DNA from: an uncultured virus (IMG/VR IMGVR_UViG_2061766007_002858)
Taxonomy: Duplodnaviria > Heunggongvirae > Uroviricota > Caudoviricetes
Strand: one strand, 5' to 3'
Length of the DNA: 64,000 bases
IMG/VR virus record: IMGVR_UViG_2061766007_002858
The notes under the pieces were generated by a model, which saw nothing but the letters and a program-made list of their open reading frames with translations, had not been told where the DNA came from and did no database searches. The first letter of the stretch is position 1. Every line of letters starts with the position of its first letter. The position numbers and the translations under genes are program-made. Shown in pieces: positions 1 to 8,568 of the stretch.

Positions 1-1119
1 ATACAGAAGCGGGTGACAGACGCTTACTACTCCCGCAGTCAGCGGGGCTTCAAGATGGGCGGGAAAGCCCCTTACGGCTTCCACACCGAGCCTATCAAAA
101 TGGACGGTATCAACACAAAGAAGCTGGTGGTAAACCCGGACGAAGCGGCCAATATCCGGCTGATATTTGAGATGTACGCCCAGCCCACAACCTCTTACGG
201 GGACATTACCCGGTACTTTGCCGAACAGGGGATTTTGTTCCATGGCAAAGAGCTGATACGCCCCACGCTGGCGCAGATGTTACGCAATCCTGTCTATGTG
301 CAGGCAGACCTTGATGTGTACGAATTTTTCAAAAGTCAAGGTACAGTCATTGTCAATGACGTTGCCGATTTTACGGGCATGAACGGCTGCTATCTGTATC
401 AAGGGCGAGATGTAAAGGCCAGCAAGAAAAACGACTTAAAAGACCAAATGCTGGTACTGGCTCCCCATGAGGGTATCGTCCCCTCCGACACCTGGCTGAC
501 CTGCCGCAAGAAGCTGATGAACAACATGAAAATCCAGTCTGCCCGGAAAGCCACCCACACATGGCTGGCAGGAAAAATCAAGTGCGGGAATTGCGGGTAT
601 GCTCTTATGAGTATCTACAATCCCTCCGGCAAACAGTATCTCCGCTGCACGAAACGGCTGGACAATAAAAGCTGTCCTGGCTGTGGGAAAATCATCACTT
701 CGGAACTGGAAGCGGTTGTTTATCAGCAGATGGTAAAGAAGCTGGCAAGCTACAAGACGCTGACAGGAAAAAAGAAAGCGGCAAAGGCAAACCCGAAAAT
801 CACCGCCCTGCAAGTGGAACTTGCCCATGTAGACAGCGAGATTGAAAAGCTGGTGGACAGTCTGACGGGGGCAAACAATGTCCTGTTCTCCTATGTGAAT
901 GTGAAGATAGCGGAACTGGACGGGCGCAAGCAGGAACTTCTGGCAAGGATAGCGGAGTTGACTGTGGAGGCCATCAGCCCGGAACAGGTCAGCCAGATTT
1001 CCGGCTACCTCGATACCTGGGAGAATGTATCTTTTGATGACAAGCGGCGTGTGGTGGATTTGATGATCACCACCATAGCCGCCACAAGCGACAGCTTGAA
1101 CATCACATGGAAAATCTGA
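1..1119 (+). CDS. Large serine recombinase (recombinase + Zn-ribbon + coiled coil), 5' end outside window
   Basis: Frame open from base 1; GGKAPYGF, 'MLRNPVY', 'HEGIV', Zn ribbon 'LAGKIKCGNCG...YLRC...C', C-terminal coiled coil. Confidence 0.9.
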   Translation: MQKRVTDAYYSRSQRGFKMGGKAPYGFHTEPIKMDGINTKKLVVNPDEAANIRLIFEMYAQPTTSYGDITRYFAEQGILFHGKELIRPTLAQMLRNPVYVQADLDVYEFFKSQGTVIVNDVADFTGMNGCYLYQGRDVKASKKNDLKDQMLVLAPHEGIVPSDTWLTCRKKLMNNMKIQSARKATHTWLAGKIKCGNCGYALMSIYNPSGKQYLRCTKRLDNKSCPGCGKIITSELEAVVYQQMVKKLASYKTLTGKKKAAKANPKITALQVELAHVDSEIEKLVDSLTGANNVLFSYVNVKIAELDGRKQELLARIAELTVEAISPEQVSQISGYLDTWENVSFDDKRRVVDLMITTIAATSDSLNITWKI

Positions 1120-1180
1120 CTGGCGGCACCCCTCCCGTCAGATACCTACCCTGTGTAGTCCCTTGTAAACTGTACTTTAG
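1114..1180. mobile_element. Probable right end / att junction of the serine-recombinase element
   Basis: ATCTGAC..GTCAGAT inverted repeat at the recombinase stop; the converging DUF262 ORF loses family-like sequence here and ends in 'VQFTRDYTG*'. Confidence 0.5.
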
Positions 1181-2033
1181 CGCGTTCGAAATACATGTAC
1201 CGGGTAAAGATTTCATCCATCGGAGTACCTGAGATCGGATGGAATATAGACTCACAGAGAGCTTCGAGTGCTTTCCACTTTGTTATGAACTGATCTTTCT
1301 GGCCTTTCCCGGAATAGTATTTATAAAACTGTGCCTTGAAAATATCGGAATCAGATAGCGGCAATCCTCTGTCATTGAGTGTTGAGAAGATCCGCAGAGC
1401 AGTGTCCTGCGTTTCAGCCTCAATAGGCAGAAGAATACAGTTGTACATGATACGAGCGGGCAGGTAAGCGCAGTACGCCGGATAGCGTCCAATAAATTCA
1501 TCTATTTTATCCTGGAAGAAGCTGAAAACCTTGGCATAACGACTGTGATATTCCTTCTGCACAATTCCCGTGCGAAGGATTGCCATAAATTCTCCCTTGT
1601 CTTCATCTGTAGAGACTTGTGAGTCAATTTTGAGCTGATCTTCAATCAGGTTGTCAAATTCATCCGATTTCCATATGCATTTGGCGATGGAATTACGGAT
1701 GCTGATGGAGTTCTTATCCATCATATTGAGGAATCGGGTATAAAAGGCGCGAAGCAGCAACATCAATGTAGTTAGTCTCTGCTGACCGTCAATGATTTCT
1801 TGTTTTCCCTCGCTCTTATATGTCACGATGGGGCCAAGGAAATACTCATCATCCTTCTTGAACGCATCGCAGTCATCGTTGGGAAAAGCAAATCCAAAAA
1901 TGTCATCCCAAAGGGTCTGGCACTCCTGCTCTCCCCAGGCATAAGGCCTTTGATAATCCGGGATAAGGAAATCAGACTTTTTATCTGAGAACAGTTGATA
2001 TACCGTTTGCTGGTCGATGTTGAGCTTCGACAT
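1146..2033 (-). pseudogene. DUF262 (GmrS/ParB-Srx-like) protein, probably C-terminally truncated GmrSD-type Type IV restriction gene
   Basis: IPDYQRPYAW, IIDGQQRLTT, IFSTLNDRGLPL motifs; no DUF1524/HNH half; GGAGG SD upstream. Confidence 0.75.
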
Positions 2034-2208
2034 GTTGTATACCTCCAGTGTGTGCTGTTAGTCAACCATATGCTTTACCGCATTACTACTGTCATAGCCG
2101 CCGGTCTAACGTGTCGTAGGTGATGCGCTCCATGATCATCGTCAATCTCCTTGCTTGCATAACGCGTAATGTTCCGTACAGTCTGTCCTTGCAGGAATAT
2201 CCGAAGTA

Positions 2209-2661
2209 TCAAATCTCCATTGCCATTTCTGTGCCTTTCATAAATGAAAGAACCGTTGCGACTACTTCTTTTTCTTTAAGCTTATCCTTTTTCATGCTTC
2301 GGATTGCACATTCCCAGATAACCAGGCATCTGATACCCATTATTGCAAGTTCCACATGTACTGCTTCATCCCGTCGGACATTAGCATTGAATTTCTTCTG
2401 CCAGAACTCCACCCGGCTCTTCGGCGTGTATGCATACTTGCATCCACTGTGACGATGCCAGAAACAACCATGTACGAAAACAGCGGTACGATACCTAGCA
2501 AAATACATATCAGGGCAACCGGGAAGTTTCTGCACGTTCTTCCGGTAACGCAGCCCCTCGGCGAACAACAGTTTCCGCAGATACAGTTCCGGTTTTGTGT
2601 CCCTGCTGCGGATTGCGCTCATGTTTCTGCTTCGCTCTTCCGGTGACTTGATATCTGCCAT
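2209..2661 (-). CDS. vsr: Very short patch repair endonuclease
   Basis: RSRNMSAIRSRDTKPE, LPGCPD, FVHGCFWHRH, VIWEC. Confidence 0.95.
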   Translation of the reverse strand: MADIKSPEERSRNMSAIRSRDTKPELYLRKLLFAEGLRYRKNVQKLPGCPDMYFARYRTAVFVHGCFWHRHSGCKYAYTPKSRVEFWQKKFNANVRRDEAVHVELAIMGIRCLVIWECAIRSMKKDKLKEKEVVATVLSFMKGTEMAMEI

Positions 2662-2665
2662 ACGA

Positions 2666-3328
2666 TCAGACCTCAACGAATACCTTTCTGAAAATCAGCT
2701 GTGTAAACACTTCATCGATCTGACGCGCTATTGACTGAGATTCAATGTGCGTTCCCAGTTCAAGATTGCCCTCCTGCCCGTGATAGGACAGATTCGCGGA
2801 GGTGATCAGTGTTTCCCGTTTGTCGACTGATATCACTTTGGCGTGAAGCGACGCTTTCTTATCATCCTGCTGTTTCGGATAATTATAGACCTTCAGAAAA
2901 CGCCCCTTATACCTCAGAACCCTATCAAACCCTGTCTGATGCTCAATATCGTTCACGAAAAACTTCACGAATACTCCGCGCTGACTCTTCAGAACTATTT
3001 CATCAACGAGATCCTTGAAATAATCTGACAGTGAATACCCTGTTATCAGAATGCTTCTGGATGCATCGCGGATCATTGTCTCCACAGCTATCTTTGTTGG
3101 TCTTGCTTTGATGGAGAAAGTTGGTGGCGTGGTCACAACCAGGGCAACTTTATCACCGCTTTCGCTTGAAGCGGCTTCTGCCATTGTTTTGGCAAGTTCA
3201 CGGCACTGTGAATCTGATAGCTCTGGATATTCCATGCGAAGCAAAGCAACAGCATTGTCTGTCCCGTTAGCGGCATCGCTTCTTATGGTGTTAATAAGGA
3301 TTTCTCTTCTCAGATCTCTACCTGGCAC
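2666..3328 (-). CDS. drmC: DISARM phospholipase D-family nuclease (start uncertain)
   Basis: HKD motif HAKVISVD, SANLS, NLELG; directly after drmB. Confidence 0.85.
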   Translation of the reverse strand: MPGRDLRREILINTIRSDAANGTDNAVALLRMEYPELSDSQCRELAKTMAEAASSESGDKVALVVTTPPTFSIKARPTKIAVETMIRDASRSILITGYSLSDYFKDLVDEIVLKSQRGVFVKFFVNDIEHQTGFDRVLRYKGRFLKVYNYPKQQDDKKASLHAKVISVDKRETLITSANLSYHGQEGNLELGTHIESQSIARQIDEVFTQLIFRKVFVEV

Positions 3329-5064
3329 AGCGCACTCACCAGCTCTCTGAAGTATGAACAGTCCTCACGACCAGCGATGGGTACCACCAGTCCTCGATCA
3401 AGCATTCTGTTTCCGTTTTCACATGCCGTTTCCGATATCATGCAGCATGAGTGACAGGCGGCTCCGTTTGAGTTTTTGCCAGCGGGCATATTACTCATAC
3501 ACTCCGGATCGTTCGTGCAAACAAGAGCTTCCTGGAAAGCATCACGCATCAGCCGTGTCATCGAATCAATGGTTCCAAGCTCAACCAGTCCACCAAGAGA
3601 ACCTTCCTTATCTGAGCTGCCGGTATAGAGAAGGATACCATGCATTTTTTCACCGAAATAGATTCTTTCTCTTATGGCGGAAGAAGAATAACCCGAAGAC
3701 ATCGACATCTGCTTAATCAGCAAATGAGCAAAGGTATGCATCAGAACATACACTGCATTCCTTGTTGTTGTAACCTTCCATCCTTTTGATTCACAGAAGG
3801 CAAGATATGAATCCGCGTATCTCTGTGAAATAGTATTTACGGTCTCAGAATTCAGCCACCTGTCGAGAGCTACTTTGTTGAATTCGATGAAGATGCCCTC
3901 CCCATTGACCTCGGCTGCGGGCAGCCATCGTTCGGTTCTGCCCTTGCTGAGCCTGACAATATTCGGCTGTTCATCTGCATCCGCATCCGGATCGGGAGCG
4001 TCTACCCGTGTGAAGCCCAGAAGGACGCGGACTTCCCGCAACCTTGTGATTCGAATAATCCTGCTGAAATATTTCAGCAAATAGCCAGGCAATGGGTCTT
4101 CCTCAGCCTTAAAGTGTTTCTTGTTGGATTCATAGCGTGGATCATCAAAATGGGTAATTGCCTCATACTCCATCTGTTTGATTTCCGTATACTCCCTGAT
4201 GTTGTTCAGGCGTCGCGCAAGGGCAGCATCGAAATCTTCTCGGGTGTAAGCCGTGAAATACTTGTCATAGATTTTCTGAACACCCATTTCACCGAAGTCT
4301 TCTTTGTAGCTCTCTATGAGTCTTAAATGTTCATCGATAAGATTGTAGAGAGGATTGATCCACGGCGGAATGGATATAGCACTTTTGCTCACGGCAAAAT
4401 AGACGTTCGAAGCGCCGCGCTGCGAAGGAATAACAGGCTTGCTGCATTTCTGATTCTTCACACCTGGCCGGAACGGATGATGTCCGGGGCACTTAAGCCC
4501 CTCAAAATTGTCACGCTGTGTCGCACCGCTCATGCTTCGCTTTTCACCGCAGGTGCATTCGACCCACATATCAGCGAGCGTAGAGGTATTACCGGTTGAA
4601 TACAGTTTCAGTGTCCCTTTGCAGTCGGAATCACCCCTGTGTACCCACCAGCTCCAGGGAAAATCTGACATATGTCCGTCTTCACAGACTGTGATAAAAC
4701 GCGCAGGGTATGCCGGCCTGTGGCAGTCAGGGCAGGTGACACCATATTTAAGGTATCTGTCCAGGTCAAAAGTTGCCCGCGCGTCAAAGAGCCTGCTGCA
4801 TTTCAGATTAGAACAGACATGCCAGTACGGAAACGTTACAACGGGAACGTCCCCGGAAAAACTCGTGCGGGGCATGTAAAAACATTCCACGCCAAGATAA
4901 GACGCCAGTCTGCCGTCTATAATCTTCATGCCCTTCTGTTTCCAGTATGAGATATCAAGAATCGTCACGGAATCCTTGACGGCATCCACAACGGAGCCAG
5001 GGCCAAAAGTCGTAATGATCTGATTCGGCCGCAGCTCTCCCAGCCTGTTATTATCGTAAGCCAT
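3310..5064 (-). CDS. drmB: DISARM DUF1998 protein
   Basis: N-terminal RPNQIITTFGPGSVVD, HTFAHLLI, C-terminal Cys cluster CTNDPEC...AACHSCC...C; follows drmA. Confidence 0.9.
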   Translation of the reverse strand: MAYDNNRLGELRPNQIITTFGPGSVVDAVKDSVTILDISYWKQKGMKIIDGRLASYLGVECFYMPRTSFSGDVPVVTFPYWHVCSNLKCSRLFDARATFDLDRYLKYGVTCPDCHRPAYPARFITVCEDGHMSDFPWSWWVHRGDSDCKGTLKLYSTGNTSTLADMWVECTCGEKRSMSGATQRDNFEGLKCPGHHPFRPGVKNQKCSKPVIPSQRGASNVYFAVSKSAISIPPWINPLYNLIDEHLRLIESYKEDFGEMGVQKIYDKYFTAYTREDFDAALARRLNNIREYTEIKQMEYEAITHFDDPRYESNKKHFKAEEDPLPGYLLKYFSRIIRITRLREVRVLLGFTRVDAPDPDADADEQPNIVRLSKGRTERWLPAAEVNGEGIFIEFNKVALDRWLNSETVNTISQRYADSYLAFCESKGWKVTTTRNAVYVLMHTFAHLLIKQMSMSSGYSSSAIRERIYFGEKMHGILLYTGSSDKEGSLGGLVELGTIDSMTRLMRDAFQEALVCTNDPECMSNMPAGKNSNGAACHSCCMISETACENGNRMLDRGLVVPIAGREDCSYFRELVSALCQVEI

Positions 5065-5065
5065 G

Positions 5066-8000
5066 TCATTCCTCCGTGTAATAGAACATATTCGCAGAAC
5101 TCTCTACTTCCCGCATGGACTGAAGGGTCGCCTTCTCGTCTTCCTCATGAGGCTTGTCATATGGATTCATCAGACGATTGTACTTGTCGGTGCCTACCAC
5201 ATAGTAGCGAAGAGGCTTGTCTGTCCGTAATGCGCGAAGTTTCCACCATTCTATAAACTGATTGATCTCAACCTCAGCGTCTGCTATTGCGGATGGTTTG
5301 ACGATATTCAGCCTGTCAATAATCATTCTTCTGACTGCCGCAATCTGTTCATCTGTCAGAGAAACAATTGCGGCGGCGTCCGGATTGTTCGCCATCTGCG
5401 GATAGTTCAGTCTNNNNNNNNNNNNNNNNNNNNNNNNNNNNNNNNNNNNNNNNNNNNNNNNNNNGGCGGAAATAACCAACGCATGCAGAACCCGATCTCT
5501 TGCCCTCGCAGAGAAGGGAGTAGCCGTTGTCCCTTCTACAAACCTGTAGAGCTGCGCATGGTATCCGGTAAAATTCTCATAGTGTGAAAGGTCACGGGGC
5601 CGATACGCATTGTAAAGCGTAACAACGAGACCCGGATGCGAACGCCCGATGCGGCTTGTCGCCTGGATATACTCTGAGTTCTGCTTTGGCTGACCTGTCA
5701 CGGCCATAAGACCAAGCCGATCCACATCCATGCCGACCGCGATCATGTTGGTTGCGATGGCAGTATCCAGGCAACCTTTCTCCTCAAAAGTCGTCTCCAG
5801 CTGGCTCAGTTTTTCAGGAATCCTGAAAGAGGCCATACGGGAGGTGATTTCCTCATTGCGATACAGATACCGCTCCTTATCCAGTCCATACTTTCTCTTG
5901 ATCCGGTGGATGCGTTTCGGAATATCATCCTGCAGCAGGCGGACGGCGCCGCCAAGCTCACGGATACTGTTGAAGTATCCGACGAGCGTGTAGTATGGAT
6001 CAATTACATCCCTGTACTCGTCCTGCAGGGAATAAGTGTAGGCTGTCTGAAGAATGATGGCATAAATCCACAGAAGGGCATTCTTCATGGACTGGCCTGG
6101 TGCGCAGATGCCTACGTATTTGCGGAACGGATTATCATCGACGGGAATCTCCCTTATGAAGAAGCTGTCTCCGATCTCAAACCCGTTTGGTGGGAACTGC
6201 GTTGTGCTCTTTCTGGCGTACAGACACCGGGTCTGCTCCTCCGCGTTTTTGATCGTTGCCGTCGATACCACATACTTGGGTCTGATACCGTCATGCGTAC
6301 ACATGTCTTCGATAATGGTTTCATATGCGCCATAGACGGTTCCGAGAGGGCCGGTTATCAGGTGCAGCTCGTCCTGTATGATCAGCTCCGGTGGCAAAAA
6401 CGGACGGATATCTGTCAGTGTTGATGTTGGCAGCGTGTCAGTCCGATTGTGCCGTCCGTGCTCCGCCCCGATAGCAACATACCCGTCCCGACTGCACTTG
6501 CGGTCAACGCGGCCAAACAGGGCATTCGTATTTACATCCCAGGGCAGGCGCGCAAACTTATCGACGGTCGAAAGGATGATCGTCGGGCACTTGCTGTAAA
6601 TTTCTTCATCAACAAGATAGACAGGAATGGGATATCTGCCATCACGGTATTTGTAGAACTCACAGTCCCTGTCAGAACAGTAAATTTCAATCGCCTTTCT
6701 TTCCGTGTCGATACAGAAGTTCTCTTCCTTCAGCGGTTTCCCGCAGAACGGGCAGGTCAGCAGCTGCTTGCAGACATGGTTCACGGCGCTTCGCGCATCC
6801 TGCGGCCGATCTGGCTTCTCGATGAACTCCTCAAATTTGTTGGGGGTAACACCGCCTCCGACCCAAAACCCTATGCTGATGGGTTCCGTCCCAAAGCGTG
6901 GATACGCCTGACGCCTGATTATCTCAGCGGCAACGACCATTTTGGTGATACGATCTCTCTGCTGGGTAGTCAGCAGACGGAGTGTATATCTGAGCATAAC
7001 CGTGACGCCGCCGTCAAGATTGTATTCACTGTCTTCAGACGCTCTCAACCGCCTGTTGGCAATGGCAAAAGCCATAAGCCCAAGATAAGCCTCTGTTTTG
7101 CCACCGCCCGTCGGGAAGTACAGCAGATCCACGATCTCGCGATCCGGATGTCCGGGGTCAACAATGCCTGCGAGATTCATCAGAATGAAGGCGATCTGGA
7201 AAGGACGCCACCCGAAGTTACTGCTGTTACCCTTCTGCCTGATGAAGTCGCTGAAGCTGCATACAACTTCTTCGGTTCCGTGCTTTTTGGCGTAATTCTT
7301 GATGCTGTTCTGCAGAAAAATCACACAGTTCATAAAGCAGAACGCTTCAAAGGCAGTATCGTCTGTCTCAATAATGTGGATGCCCTCACGAATGCGCCGC
7401 AGCGCATCCTGACAGCGGCCAATCACGGTATTCCCGATTCTTTCCTTGAAAGCCGGATCCTCCATGCGCTTACTGCCGGAAAGCGTTTTACCGATCCAGC
7501 TGTCATAAGAATCAGCCAGGGTTTTCAGCTTGCCTATGGTCTCGTCTTTTTTGGCCTTCTTGGACATGGTCAGAGTGGAGAAATAATACTGGTCGAAACC
7601 ATCAAGCGCTGCGCTCACCCCGGGGAATTCATACTCCGGAATAAACGCGGTCCTGACTGAAGTGGTTCTGCCATTCACAGGCTTATCCCATACAGCAGCA
7701 CAGCCGCGGCCGCGTCCCAGGATGGGGCGCTGCGCAAAATAGAATTCATCAGCGGCAAGAATCTCCCGGCAAATGTGCTCCGCTATGAATATGGGCTGTC
7801 CGTCTTCCGCACTTGCCCTCAGTTCGACCTGGAACATAAGCCCCTCGGTGCTGTTTGCCGGATTCTTCCGCTTATTCACGACATAAGCCGTAACAAGAGA
7901 ATATCCACCCTTCAGAGGGATTCTGGAAACGTGGACATGCACATTGGAGTCGCAGACAAGCGGATAGTCTTTTGTCCGCGCAAAATCGGAAAAAACTACG

Positions 8001-8443
8001 CGTACCGTTTCCTTCATGGGAATGCGGGTATATGCGGCGCGGTTGTGTTCCTTTTCGTCCCTGCCGGTATATTTGCGGGATGACTTTGAGTAATCGCCCC
8101 AGCTCACATCCAGATTAAGCTCTGTCAGATCGCTCTGCACATAAAAGCTGATTCCAATGGAAGACGGCAGCTGAAAATGCGTGGTGGAGATGGGCTCGTT
8201 ATCGTCTTCATCACCCGCAGTATAGTCTTCACCATCTTCGATTGCCATATCGGTGTCAACTTCCTGTTCACCGGCGCCTGAATAATCCTCATCATCGTTC
8301 TGAGCGTCCAGCATACCGACAAGATAGGCATAGCGCGGATTCTCCTCCAGCACTTCATCCTCTTCCCGCGGGCCAATGAGGTCAGTCCTGATGGCTTCTA
8401 TGATTTTCTGCCTGACTTCTGCGTATTTCAACCTGTCGGCCAT
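5066..8443 (-). CDS. drmA: DISARM helicase (51-N gap inside)
   Basis: WRPFQIAFIL, FPTGGGKTEAY, RYTLRLLTTQQ, IIQDELHL, QATSRIGR. Confidence 0.9.
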   Translation of the reverse strand: MADRLKYAEVRQKIIEAIRTDLIGPREEDEVLEENPRYAYLVGMLDAQNDDEDYSGAGEQEVDTDMAIEDGEDYTAGDEDDNEPISTTHFQLPSSIGISFYVQSDLTELNLDVSWGDYSKSSRKYTGRDEKEHNRAAYTRIPMKETVRVVFSDFARTKDYPLVCDSNVHVHVSRIPLKGGYSLVTAYVVNKRKNPANSTEGLMFQVELRASAEDGQPIFIAEHICREILAADEFYFAQRPILGRGRGCAAVWDKPVNGRTTSVRTAFIPEYEFPGVSAALDGFDQYYFSTLTMSKKAKKDETIGKLKTLADSYDSWIGKTLSGSKRMEDPAFKERIGNTVIGRCQDALRRIREGIHIIETDDTAFEAFCFMNCVIFLQNSIKNYAKKHGTEEVVCSFSDFIRQKGNSSNFGWRPFQIAFILMNLAGIVDPGHPDREIVDLLYFPTGGGKTEAYLGLMAFAIANRRLRASEDSEYNLDGGVTVMLRYTLRLLTTQQRDRITKMVVAAEIIRRQAYPRFGTEPISIGFWVGGGVTPNKFEEFIEKPDRPQDARSAVNHVCKQLLTCPFCGKPLKEENFCIDTERKAIEIYCSDRDCEFYKYRDGRYPIPVYLVDEEIYSKCPTIILSTVDKFARLPWDVNTNALFGRVDRKCSRDGYVAIGAEHGRHNRTDTLPTSTLTDIRPFLPPELIIQDELHLITGPLGTVYGAYETIIEDMCTHDGIRPKYVVSTATIKNAEEQTRCLYARKSTTQFPPNGFEIGDSFFIREIPVDDNPFRKYVGICAPGQSMKNALLWIYAIILQTAYTYSLQDEYRDVIDPYYTLVGYFNSIRELGGAVRLLQDDIPKRIHRIKRKYGLDKERYLYRNEEITSRMASFRIPEKLSQLETTFEEKGCLDTAIATNMIAVGMDVDRLGLMAVTGQPKQNSEYIQATSRIGRSHPGLVVTLYNAYRPRDLSHYENFTGYHAQLYRFVEGTTATPFSARARDRVLHALVISAXXXXXXXXXXXXXXXXXRLNYPQMANNPDAAAIVSLTDEQIAAVRRMIIDRLNIVKPSAIADAEVEINQFIEWWKLRALRTDKPLRYYVVGTDKYNRLMNPYDKPHEEDEKATLQSMREVESSANMFYYTEE

Positions 8444-8568
8444 TAGTCATCCTCCTTCATTTCCACAGCGGTCCCAAGGGTGTATCTGCATGTATTGCCC
8501 GGGTGGATATTTTCNNNNNNNNNNGATCATCTGACGGACCTGCGCATATCTGAACCTGTCAGCCATCA

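Noticed and set aside
2092..2139. 15-aa minus-strand ORF (MIMERITYDTLDRRL) with AAGGAG SD between vsr and the DUF262 gene
   Set aside because: Too short to support without conservation data; may be a gene remnant
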